This document shows, one piece after another, positions 18,210 to 27,374 of a stretch of 64,000 nt of DNA. Source of the stretch: a virus (lineage: Duplodnaviria; Caudoviricetes); the IMG/VR virus record IMGVR_UViG_3300028603_000022, positions 32,001 through 96,000 of that record. One strand, written 5' to 3'. Made by a program: the position numbers and the translations under genes. The notes beneath the pieces were generated by a model, which worked only from the letters and a program-made list of their open reading frames with translations, was not told where the DNA came from and searched no databases. Every line of letters begins with the position of its first letter. The stretch's first letter is position 1.

Positions 18210-19640
18210 ATGCCAAAGAAATTTCCAAAACTGGCGGAGACGCTCAAGGATTGTGCGTTCCCCGTTATGATGTTTCTTTCTACGAGTGAGGTCGCGAGTC
18301 AGAAGACGATTCTTCGTGCGTTCTCTGATGGTAAGGGTTTGAATCTTGTGTCTAACATTGACAAGATTTACAATCCTGTTACTGGCGATCTTCTACCTTA
18401 CATTGAAAAGTCCCAGCAGGAATGTACAGGCGATGACTTCCAACAGCTAGATAATCTAGTGGCTATTCGTACCGATGACGATGTTGTTTTTGGTGTTGAT
18501 ATAGACCTAGCTTTTGATCTTGGTGGTGAAGAAGGTTACTGTCCTCTTACTGGTAAGGAAACTGCTTTTCACTACGCGGAGGCTGCCGATTCTGATACTG
18601 ACGATTCCGATAATGAAGACGAGTTTGAAAATATCGACGATTCTTTAAACTCGGATGAGGAATACTCGGACGATGAAGAAGCTGTTATTTTCAATGACGA
18701 CGAAGCTGACGAAAATAGCGACGAAGAAGAAGTCGTGGCGTCAAATGTTGACACTACTGATTCCGATGATTCGGAAACTGCTTCGGAAGAAGTAACTGCT
18801 GAAGTCCCTGTGGAAACTCCTACTGTCGAACAGGAACCTGTTCAGGAACAGGCTTCAGAAGAAGTAATTAACGATGGCACTGTTCAGGAAATTCCTGCGA
18901 TGGCTATCGCTGACGATGAAGCTAACCTTAAGCTGGTTACTCTTACCAACGATAACAGTGAAATTGCTGCCTTCGTTGGCGAAACCCATGTTGGTACACT
19001 TCGTTGTTCTAGGGCTTCTGAGAAGGCTGCCCCACTGTTCTCTGATGGTAGCCGCCTTGTTCAGGCGTTTAAGCCTGTCTTCAATATGAATCGTAGTAAT
19101 CTGAACTCCTCGGAACTGGCTGCCTACGGTTACACGCCTGTTACTTTCAAGGTCAAGGTTGGCGATTTGTTCAACAAGCGTCTTGAAAAAGAAATAGCTT
19201 CTATCAATACTCAGGCAGAAGAAAAAGTCAAGTCATCTATTAATGGCATGGCCCGCCTTATTGAACTATCCTTCGTTGGTATCAATAAAGGTCTGTTCGA
19301 GTGTGATAATGAACTAGCCAATGAATTAGCGTCTCTACTTTCACGTAATGGTGTAAAGAACGCTAATCGTGAAGTTCGTCGTACTCTTGCGAAGCATTCT
19401 CATGGGTATATTAAAGCAGGCGTGGAAAAGGCTAAGGAGCTTTCTTCCAAGTCAGAAGATTATATCCAAGGTATCGCTGAAACTGTTTCCAAGTCCGAGT
19501 TTATCGGCAGTATCGATGATGATCGTACCGAAACAGCTTCCTATGTTCCACCAGTGTCAACAGTAGAAACAGCGGAGTTTATCGGAAATCCTCAAACTAA
19601 GAAGCCTGTAGTTAACAAGTACGCTAGGCTCTTTCGTTAA
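18210..19640 (+). CDS. Putative prohead scaffold/core protein
   Basis: Very acidic middle, coiled-coil C-terminus, many ETAS/EVAS sites; between protease and capsid genes. Confidence 0.65.
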   Translation: MPKKFPKLAETLKDCAFPVMMFLSTSEVASQKTILRAFSDGKGLNLVSNIDKIYNPVTGDLLPYIEKSQQECTGDDFQQLDNLVAIRTDDDVVFGVDIDLAFDLGGEEGYCPLTGKETAFHYAEAADSDTDDSDNEDEFENIDDSLNSDEEYSDDEEAVIFNDDEADENSDEEEVVASNVDTTDSDDSETASEEVTAEVPVETPTVEQEPVQEQASEEVINDGTVQEIPAMAIADDEANLKLVTLTNDNSEIAAFVGETHVGTLRCSRASEKAAPLFSDGSRLVQAFKPVFNMNRSNLNSSELAAYGYTPVTFKVKVGDLFNKRLEKEIASINTQAEEKVKSSINGMARLIELSFVGINKGLFECDNELANELASLLSRNGVKNANREVRRTLAKHSHGYIKAGVEKAKELSSKSEDYIQGIAETVSKSEFIGSIDDDRTETASYVPPVSTVETAEFIGNPQTKKPVVNKYARLFR

Positions 19641-19668
19641 TACATTCCCTCTATAAAGGAAATATGAA

Positions 19669-20379
19669 ATGTTAGATATTAACAGGTCAAAGCTCGTTGA
19701 ACACTATGTTCACAGGACTCATTCTTCGGCTCCGATGATCGAGGAAGGTAGCGCTCTGGTATGGCAGCTTGATGGTGGCGAAGGTGGCCTTCGTCCGTCT
19801 GTCGGCGGTGGTAATGAAGCCTTCGCTGGTGTTGCGGTTGGTCGTGCAGCCACCCCTACCGTTGTTCCGTACTTCGAGACTCTCGTTGTTCGTGCGACTG
19901 CACCTTATACTGTTACTCTTAGTAAAACAGCGCAGGGCAGCAGCCTTCGAGTGGTTCATGTCGCTGCTGGTGGTGCTCGTACCGTTCTTACGTCAGGTAA
20001 TCCTACCAACGCCACTGAATACTCTGTCTCGAACGGCGTAATCACTGTCAATTCTACTCTTGCTAGTGAAGTGATTGAAGTTGGTTACAACTACGCGATC
20101 ACTTTTCAGGAAGCTATCATGAAGTATAACTTCCACCAGAATGGTTCACACAATGTTTCCGACATTGGAACCATCGGTGTTATGAATACTGGTATGGCCT
20201 TCACTACCATGTACGATATTGCTTCGAACTGGAATGCTTGGACTGGTGCCACTCCGGTCTATATTACCAGTGATGGCAAGTTTACTCTTACTTCCAGCTC
20301 AAACACTGCTACTGGCTGTAAGGTTATTAGTGTTCCATCTTCGGAAGATTCGTTCCTCGGCTTATACATCACCGAGTAA
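19669..20379 (+). CDS. Putative capsid decoration/structural protein
   Basis: 236 aa, beta-rich; biased codons; directly before the major capsid gene. Confidence 0.6.
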   Translation: MLDINRSKLVEHYVHRTHSSAPMIEEGSALVWQLDGGEGGLRPSVGGGNEAFAGVAVGRAATPTVVPYFETLVVRATAPYTVTLSKTAQGSSLRVVHVAAGGARTVLTSGNPTNATEYSVSNGVITVNSTLASEVIEVGYNYAITFQEAIMKYNFHQNGSHNVSDIGTIGVMNTGMAFTTMYDIASNWNAWTGATPVYITSDGKFTLTSSSNTATGCKVISVPSSEDSFLGLYITE

Positions 20380-20408
20380 TCTGACTCTTTAATAAAGGAT
20401 TTAACATA

Positions 20409-21479
20409 ATGCGTATTAACCACCACCCTACTCCGGTTATTGAGTCAAGGTTTCGTAACTCCAACGATATGATCGTTGGGCGTAACGGTGAAATCAATGC
20501 CGGTTCTAAACAGGAACTTATGCAGCGTCTGGTAGACATTGCCAGCATGATTCAGGACGGTGAAGTCTTTGATTCGGACGGTGTTCGTCAGGATCGTAAT
20601 ACAATCCGTGCAGAAAAGGCTGCGGCCATCCGTGAAGCTATCCATTCTCCTAAGGATTGGGCTGAACTAGGCTCTGCTATCGCGGCAGATATCGACGTTC
20701 GCCTCGAAAGAGACGGTTTCATGCGTTCGGTCTTCTTCCGTGGTGATGTTCAGGAAGGTTCCGTTCCTCGCGTTCGTATCAAGGAACGTCATGTTACCGC
20801 CGTTCGTTCACGCGGCGTTGGGATGATTTATCCGCAGTACGTCCGCGATACGTATCTCTTTGCGGAAGAGTTCTATGTTACTGCAACTCCCCGTGTTGAA
20901 CTTATCGAGATTCATCAGGGTAACAGCGACGTTCTTGAGGAAAAGTATTTCCAAGGTCTTGAACAGATTTTCGTTCAGGAAGACAAGCACGTTGTCAACA
21001 TGATGCGTACTGCTGACGGTATGTACAATGATATTACATACTTCAATGGTACTTGGTCGCAGACTAACCTCGTTGCGGTCAAGGAAAATGTTGACCGCTG
21101 GAGGATTCCGGCTACAACCTGTATAGCAGCCATTGACCTTATCAATGACGCCATCGGCGGTAGCAACTTCTCACAGTGGTTTGATCCGGTTACTAAGTGG
21201 GAAATCATCAAGTCTGGTCGTATCGGTAATCTTCTAGGTATGTCCATTCTTACCGATGGTTATCGTGATCGTAACCTGCAGGTTCTTGAGCGTGGTGAAT
21301 TTATCGTCTGTGGCGCTCCAGAGTTCCTTGGTGCATACACTGATCGTGGTCCGGTTAATGCTACTCCGATTGACGAGTATGAAAAGTTTGTTCCGGCTCG
21401 TGGTTGGTCTCTTAACGAGGTTATTTCGGCTACTCTTGGTAATGCCAAGGCCGTTGCTCGTGGTAAGCGTAATCAGTAA
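20409..21479 (+). CDS. Major capsid protein (putative)
   Basis: 356 aa; strong codon bias; protease-scaffold-decoration-MCP order; followed by strong terminator. Confidence 0.75.
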   Translation: MRINHHPTPVIESRFRNSNDMIVGRNGEINAGSKQELMQRLVDIASMIQDGEVFDSDGVRQDRNTIRAEKAAAIREAIHSPKDWAELGSAIAADIDVRLERDGFMRSVFFRGDVQEGSVPRVRIKERHVTAVRSRGVGMIYPQYVRDTYLFAEEFYVTATPRVELIEIHQGNSDVLEEKYFQGLEQIFVQEDKHVVNMMRTADGMYNDITYFNGTWSQTNLVAVKENVDRWRIPATTCIAAIDLINDAIGGSNFSQWFDPVTKWEIIKSGRIGNLLGMSILTDGYRDRNLQVLERGEFIVCGAPEFLGAYTDRGPVNATPIDEYEKFVPARGWSLNEVISATLGNAKAVARGKRNQ

Positions 21480-21491
21480 CCTTTAATGATA

Positions 21492-21529
21492 AGGGTGGTA
21501 GTGGCAACATTACCACCCTATTATATTTT
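21492..21529 (+). terminator. Intrinsic terminator after the capsid gene
   Basis: AGGGTGGTAGTG-GCAA-CATTACCACCCT then AT-rich tail. Confidence 0.8.
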
Positions 21530-21547
21530 GTGCTAGGGAACCGAAAT

Positions 21548-21913
21548 ATGATTTCTTCACTTGATAAAGTAAAGGCTATGTTAGTAGCAGCGTGTGATTC
21601 TTGTCATCAGAATAACCGCGATATAGCTATGAACATGATGGAAATAGCTTTGGATGAACTTCAAAGTATGAATCCACAGGACGTAGAAGATAGTATTCAA
21701 ATTGTTTCGGTTGTAGACGGTGATCCAGTCGATAGTATTATTGAATCTGCTTGCTTCAATGACGAGTTTGAGGACGAAGAAACTGTTAACATGGATACCC
21801 TGTTAGATAGTGAAACTGCGAATACAGTTGCTAGTAACGTTCAATCATTGACAGATGATGCGGCTAGACAAGTTTTCCGTGAGTCCATTATGAAAATGTT
21901 TGTTCAAGCCTAA
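21548..21913 (+). CDS. Acidic hypothetical head-associated protein
   Basis: ATG 21548 with AGGGA RBS; IESA and SETANTVAS sites. Confidence 0.65.
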   Translation: MISSLDKVKAMLVAACDSCHQNNRDIAMNMMEIALDELQSMNPQDVEDSIQIVSVVDGDPVDSIIESACFNDEFEDEETVNMDTLLDSETANTVASNVQSLTDDAARQVFRESIMKMFVQA

Positions 21914-22644
21914 TGTCTGATTTACGTAAGAAAAGTGGTATTCTCAATTTCTCTATCAAACAAGTATTAGCTTGGTTGAATAGAGAATGGTCTAAAGATA
22001 ACGAGAAACCACTGACAGGTAAAATGGTAGGTAATCGTAGATATCTTAGACAGTTAGAAGCTTCTTTAAATAGAGAAGCCTACGCTAATAATGCTACTAA
22101 AATTCAGTATCCTATACTAAATTCCGTTATCTTGGAAATGTCTCTAGATGATGAATTAGGTGCTTTGAAGAAGCATAGGGCTACTCAAGGGTATATTACT
22201 AATCGCGACGTAGAGAATGGTACTATTACCATGGAGAATCTACGTAGAGCTAGAGTAGGTTTAGGCTTTTATTTCAAATCCGATAGTCAGGAAGACGTGA
22301 TATCCCTAGCACATATATTACTTTATCACGTACCTAGAGTCGGCTTTGTAATGAAAAACGATAGTGGTTTTAGAGTAGAAACTTCTATTACCATCGATAA
22401 CTCAATAACTTTGGCCGAAACTACCGACGATTCTGGTGAATACTACGAGTACGAGTTTATAATTGTACTTAAAACTCATATAGGTTACGTAGAAGACCAT
22501 AGAATGATACGCAATGTGGTATTCAATACTACAGATGCTGATGATTCTGAAATCTTTTTCAAAGGTAGTCCTTACATGGATCTTTCTCAAACTATAAATT
22601 ACACTGATTATTTTAATAAAGACTCCCCTAGATTTAAGGGATAA
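21913..22644 (+). CDS. Putative tail completion/neck protein
   Basis: 243 aa between capsid and sheath genes; TAATG coupling to the previous gene. Confidence 0.5.
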   Translation: MSDLRKKSGILNFSIKQVLAWLNREWSKDNEKPLTGKMVGNRRYLRQLEASLNREAYANNATKIQYPILNSVILEMSLDDELGALKKHRATQGYITNRDVENGTITMENLRRARVGLGFYFKSDSQEDVISLAHILLYHVPRVGFVMKNDSGFRVETSITIDNSITLAETTDDSGEYYEYEFIIVLKTHIGYVEDHRMIRNVVFNTTDADDSEIFFKGSPYMDLSQTINYTDYFNKDSPRFKG

Positions 22645-22650
22645 CATTCT

Positions 22651-22995
22651 ATGGCCGCAATAGTCACTTCTTTAGTAACAACCTCTACTGATAAAAGAAG
22701 GAAGACCATTCTTATGGATTCTTCCTTTTCGCTAGCTGATATAGATTTGTACGCTCTGTCTAAAGTGTCGCTATTACCGGGGGATCCTCCTATTACTTTG
22801 ACTGTAGAGAAGCTATTCGTCTGTAGTGTAAGTCCTCAAATACTAATTCTGTTTAAGAACGATGCGGATGAAGAATTTGAGGTAGAAGTCAAGGAATCTT
22901 CGGTTGTTCTTCCTTTTTCGGGTGAAGTTACATTAACAAACCCCAATACTAACCCAATAACGCTGCCGGCGTCCGTTTCTTATTTAGTTGTGTAG
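22651..22995 (+). CDS. Hypothetical virion protein
   Basis: 114 aa beta-rich ORF in the structural operon. Confidence 0.65.
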   Translation: MAAIVTSLVTTSTDKRRKTILMDSSFSLADIDLYALSKVSLLPGDPPITLTVEKLFVCSVSPQILILFKNDADEEFEVEVKESSVVLPFSGEVTLTNPNTNPITLPASVSYLVV

Positions 22996-23016
22996 CACTC
23001 TAGGAGAACTCAACAA

Positions 23017-23328
23017 ATGACTCCGTTTGAATCCCTCGTTAAAGAATTTCCGATTTTCGTTGTTAAGAACAAGACAGCCATTACTAAAAATATCCCTATT
23101 AAGGATAATGAAGAGCTAGTTGTTCCTAGTCACGCTATAGTAAAGATTGACGCCAACCTGTTAGGCGGCATTCCTTCTTCTACATTTTTCAAGATGGTTT
23201 CCCCTTCTGTTAAAGACCTGATTAAGCACGGCCTTATTTCATCGAAAAAGGAAGATATACCTGCTCCTGTGGTAGCGAATGAAAAGGCTGTAGATAAGTC
23301 TTGGGACGATAAGAAGAAGAAGAAATAA
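23017..23328 (+). CDS. Hypothetical protein
   Basis: 103 aa, AGGAGA RBS, directly before the sheath gene. Confidence 0.7.
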   Translation: MTPFESLVKEFPIFVVKNKTAITKNIPIKDNEELVVPSHAIVKIDANLLGGIPSSTFFKMVSPSVKDLIKHGLISSKKEDIPAPVVANEKAVDKSWDDKKKKK

Positions 23329-23366
23329 TTTTATATTTTTACAAGATAACCTAGAGGTACACAATA

Positions 23367-25613
23367 ATGACTGGCTTACCTATTTTTCTTAGGCCATCAG
23401 TTAAAATTACTACTCTTGATCTTACTCAGCGGGTAACTCTTATTGAGAGTACCATTGGTGCTGTAGTTGGTGCCTTTGAGAGAGGTCCAGTTAAGCCTAC
23501 TTACCAAAGTGGTCTTGATGAGGATTTTCGTAATCTGTATGGTTCTGTAGCTAATCCTACGATTGGTTTTGCGCATGATACCTCTACGTCATTTATGACG
23601 CAGAGCAAACATCTTCTTGTCAACCGTGTTACGAAAGACGCTAAGTATTCTAAGCTGTCAGTTCTTAAAGACGCTGTTTCTAACAGTCTTATCTATGTTC
23701 AAAGCCCAGGAACAGAAGGTTCGTATGAGGATGAAGGTCTAGAATCTTATTATCTTCTTACAATTGATGCAGATATTATTACAGCTAACGTAATTAGTAT
23801 CAATATAACTGATGGTTCTACAGTTGAGACTGCCACCACTACGTATGCGTCTTCTCACGCAGCTACATGGGCTGCCTTCGCATCTTCTATTCAGGTTAAC
23901 CTAAATTCATTTGGTTTAGGTAACTCCGCTACGGTTATCAATGACCGTACTATCATTATCAGGGTTTCAAAGACTAATAGTCTTGAGTTTTCTGATTTTG
24001 AAATTACTTTGGGGGCTTCTCAAGCAGATGTGGAAATCGTAGAAACCGCGCATCTGTTTGACGTGTTCGCGGAAAATCCTGGTTCGTGGGCGAATAACTA
24101 CGGTGTTGTTGTAGATAATATTGACCCCGGTGTAAGGCAGCGTTTCCGTCTGGCTATTGCTGGTCCTCTTATTACGGGTAATACAATTTCTGTCGATGTT
24201 AATGGGGTAAATGTATCTACAGCCTACAGTAATAGTTCTGACGCTACTTTAGCGGCTTTTGCTACCGCTCTAGAACTTAACCCTGATATTGAATCGGCAG
24301 AAGTCGAATCTGTTCCCGGTTCCAACGATAATGATCGGTCTATTCTTATCATAGCTAAGAAGCCTGGTTCTAATACGGTTGTGTTCTCTAACCTAACTGT
24401 ATCTAGCGGTTCATCGCAGGTAGCGGCTGTAGTCAATTCGGTTATGTCGGGAGTTGATCCTGACCATTCCTTCCGTCTTAGGGTATTTGAGCGTAGTAAT
24501 CTTAATCTACCTGTTGAAACCTTTACTGTTTCTCTACGTAGACAGCTAAATTCTATGGGTTATCAACAGAATCTAGAGCACGTAGTTAATAGATCGTCAA
24601 CCCGCTCTCTTAATATTCGTGTTCTACAGACTGCTGAATCCTTCAATGACAGCCTGTATGACGAATTTGGTACTCCAGCCTCTACAAATTCAACTGTTTC
24701 TTACCTTAGTAATGGTGATGATGGTCTAGCCGTTACTTCTGCTGAAGTTCGTCAGGGTTGGCTGGCAATAGAAGATCGAGTTCAATACCCTGTAGACGTA
24801 CTTCTTAATGCTGGTTATACCGCTATTTCAGTACAGAAGGAAATGGTTGCGCTAGCAGAACGTCGTTCTGATTGTATCGCTATCTTAGATGCTCCTTCGG
24901 ATAGACAGCACCCCCAAGACCTACGTGATTATCGTATGTTTGAGTTGGATATTGACTCTACTTACGGAGCAATGTATACACCGGACATTGAAATCGAAGA
25001 TATTAATACTGCAGAACGTAGGTTTATTCCTCCGTCCGGTCCTGTTGGTGCTACTTATGCTTATTCTGATCGTCTAACACAGAATATTGGAGCTCCCGCT
25101 GGTCTTAACAGAGGTAAAGTAACGCTTGCTGTTGGGCTTCGTCATATTTACACTGATCCACAGGAAGAACTACTATTCCCTGTCGGTATTAATGTAATCA
25201 AGGATCGTCCTAAAATCGGTCCAGTTGTTATGGGTGAAGAAACTCTGCAAAGTAAGAAGACAGTTCTTTCTTCTGTTCATGCTAGACGTATTCTTAACAG
25301 GATTAAGGTTGGACTTAGCGACGCACTGGACTGGACGATTTTCGACCCCAATACAGAATGGACTCGTATTCAAGCTACCGAACTAGGACATACGCTTCTT
25401 CGTCCTATGACTCGTGGCGACGGTATGGGTGGTCTTTATGACTATCGTATTGTCTGCGATGCTCGCAATAATACTCCTGATGTAATTGATGCCGAACAGC
25501 TTGCTTATGATGTTTACCTAAAGATTACACAGGTTATCAAAGGTATCCATGTTAGGGCTATTCTTACTAGAACGGGGGCCTCGTTCGAGGAACTCATAGA
25601 TATGGGTGTATAG
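23367..25613 (+). CDS. Tail sheath protein
   Basis: RPSVKITTLD, GAFERGPV, AENPGSWAN, AILDAP, PPSG, APAGLNRG, VHARR sheath signatures. Confidence 0.92.
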   Translation: MTGLPIFLRPSVKITTLDLTQRVTLIESTIGAVVGAFERGPVKPTYQSGLDEDFRNLYGSVANPTIGFAHDTSTSFMTQSKHLLVNRVTKDAKYSKLSVLKDAVSNSLIYVQSPGTEGSYEDEGLESYYLLTIDADIITANVISINITDGSTVETATTTYASSHAATWAAFASSIQVNLNSFGLGNSATVINDRTIIIRVSKTNSLEFSDFEITLGASQADVEIVETAHLFDVFAENPGSWANNYGVVVDNIDPGVRQRFRLAIAGPLITGNTISVDVNGVNVSTAYSNSSDATLAAFATALELNPDIESAEVESVPGSNDNDRSILIIAKKPGSNTVVFSNLTVSSGSSQVAAVVNSVMSGVDPDHSFRLRVFERSNLNLPVETFTVSLRRQLNSMGYQQNLEHVVNRSSTRSLNIRVLQTAESFNDSLYDEFGTPASTNSTVSYLSNGDDGLAVTSAEVRQGWLAIEDRVQYPVDVLLNAGYTAISVQKEMVALAERRSDCIAILDAPSDRQHPQDLRDYRMFELDIDSTYGAMYTPDIEIEDINTAERRFIPPSGPVGATYAYSDRLTQNIGAPAGLNRGKVTLAVGLRHIYTDPQEELLFPVGINVIKDRPKIGPVVMGEETLQSKKTVLSSVHARRILNRIKVGLSDALDWTIFDPNTEWTRIQATELGHTLLRPMTRGDGMGGLYDYRIVCDARNNTPDVIDAEQLAYDVYLKITQVIKGIHVRAILTRTGASFEELIDMGV

Positions 25614-25662
25614 TTGATCCTATTGAAGAAATCTAGGATTACATAAAATAGGACTATAGATA

Positions 25663-26187
25663 ATGGCAAGAGTTTCATTTACTCAATTAAACAACCTTTC
25701 GGATACTATTAGTGCCGAAGCGTATGAACTTATCATCCCCAATATCCCTCTAGGTGGTTCCACTCAAGAACTTACTCTACGTTGCCAGCAGGCAATGATT
25801 CCGGGATACAGCAACGAAGCATTTGAATCCCTTCTTCATGGACACGTTCTTAAATTCCGTGGCCGTAAGATGTATCCTCGCCAGCTATCTGTTAGCTACG
25901 TTGAAGGTTCGTTCCTTGAAGCTTGGACTATTCTCAAGGCGTGGGACGAATTTATTGTCGGTACTGACTCCGGTAATTCCAGTGCTTATAAAGACACTTA
26001 TTCAACTACTGCCTCACTAGTTATCTATAATACGACTGGAGCAGTGGCTGGAACTATGCGTCTGGAAAACTTCTTCATTCAGGAAATTTCAGATGTAACT
26101 CTGGATGGTACTAGTTCAACTCCTATGCTTATTCCCGCTATGTTCTCATATGATAGGCTTATACCATCCACTGTCGGTATTCGTTAA
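25663..26187 (+). CDS. Tail tube protein
   Basis: 174 aa after the sheath; T4 gp19-like KFRGRKMY...W...FSYD; biased codons. Confidence 0.8.
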   Translation: MARVSFTQLNNLSDTISAEAYELIIPNIPLGGSTQELTLRCQQAMIPGYSNEAFESLLHGHVLKFRGRKMYPRQLSVSYVEGSFLEAWTILKAWDEFIVGTDSGNSSAYKDTYSTTASLVIYNTTGAVAGTMRLENFFIQEISDVTLDGTSSTPMLIPAMFSYDRLIPSTVGIR

Positions 26188-26250
26188 TACTTATTTACAT
26201 AGCTAAGCAATAATCTATTTATACTAAAATAGATTTTTAGATAAAATCAG

Positions 26251-26300
26251 ACCCGTGGAAGTTAATTCTCTTATAAGGATTACTTCCACGGGTTTTTATT
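26251..26300 (+). terminator. Intrinsic terminator with TAATTC embedded in the stem
   Basis: ACCCGTGGAAG/CTTCCACGGGT stem then TTTTATTT. Confidence 0.8.
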
Positions 26301-26306
26301 TGTGTC

Positions 26307-26858
26307 ATGGCTGTTTCATTTCAAGAATTAAATGCTTTACCAGATATATTAGGAGGAGGCCGACACGAGCTGTATTTTCCTAGTATAGCTGCTATCAATG
26401 TTAAGCAGTTAATGCTGACTAACACGCAAGTTACCATACCTAACATTGGTGTAGGGCATATTAAAGCTAAATTACTAGGACATTCACTAGGTTTTAGAGG
26501 CGGGTTATCTTTTGATAACACGCTTAATTGTTCTTTTTATGAACTTTCTGATGGTTCAAACGTAAAATCGCTTTTTTCGTGGTATAAACTAGTTAGAAAT
26601 CTAGACGATGGTACTTCTCTATTGAAATCCCAATACGCAGCAAATGGTAGATTTAAGTATATAAATACTCTTGGAGAACCTGCTATTGAAGCAGATTTAT
26701 ATAATATGTTTCCAGTTGTTATAACACTACCAGAAGCTTCATCAGAAAACAGTAACGCTGTAGAATTTCAAGTTACTTTCAATGTAGACAAGGTTGATAT
26801 AGATGGAACTTCGGCCTCTATTGAAGATCTATACGAAGCTATGAGAGGTGCTGGTTGA
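26307..26858 (+). CDS. Tail tube paralogue
   Basis: Similar to 25663 (VSFQELNALPD vs VSFTQLNNLSD; LLGHSLGFRG vs LHGHVLKFRG). Confidence 0.75.
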   Translation: MAVSFQELNALPDILGGGRHELYFPSIAAINVKQLMLTNTQVTIPNIGVGHIKAKLLGHSLGFRGGLSFDNTLNCSFYELSDGSNVKSLFSWYKLVRNLDDGTSLLKSQYAANGRFKYINTLGEPAIEADLYNMFPVVITLPEASSENSNAVEFQVTFNVDKVDIDGTSASIEDLYEAMRGAG

Positions 26859-27346
26859 TGCTTAATTTCACTAGCGCTTTAACTATTAAAGACCCCGCTC
26901 TAGTTAGCAGATGGTTTCTATCTGTTCCAGATGTATCTCATCCGTATGAATGTATAGCTGAAACCGTAGAACTACCTTTTGATAAAAACCCACCTAAAGG
27001 TAGACATTTTCAAGGTACGCAGCGGTTTTATCCTGATTTCCGTGATATAGACGGCGTTACAGTAGTATTTTGGGAAACCCACGATTTTCAAGTAGCTAGG
27101 TGGTTAGAGAGATGGCGTAAACAAGTGTATAGAACCAATGGTTCCTACGGATTACCAGTAGACTATAAAAAATCCATGTACGCTTATATGTATAGTCTAA
27201 CGTCGAACTCTCCTATTCTAACTTATCATTTGGAAGGCTGCTGGCCTACTGATAAAATACCGTATAATCTAACTCATGAAGACGAAGAAGGTAGGATTCA
27301 AACTGCCTGCTTGTTTAGTGTAGATAGAGTTGATCCACAAGAATAA
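26858..27346 (+). CDS. Tube-like protein (tube initiator/baseplate junction)
   Basis: gp19-fold pattern W..W...YKK...GCWP...FSVD; TGATG coupling. Confidence 0.65.
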   Translation: MLNFTSALTIKDPALVSRWFLSVPDVSHPYECIAETVELPFDKNPPKGRHFQGTQRFYPDFRDIDGVTVVFWETHDFQVARWLERWRKQVYRTNGSYGLPVDYKKSMYAYMYSLTSNSPILTYHLEGCWPTDKIPYNLTHEDEEGRIQTACLFSVDRVDPQE

Positions 27347-27374
27347 ATAAAAATAGAACACAAAGGAAAATGAC

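Noticed and set aside
18070-18270. 66-aa ORF upstream of the scaffold gene
   Set aside because: TTG start without RBS; spans the likely promoter region and overlaps the scaffold start
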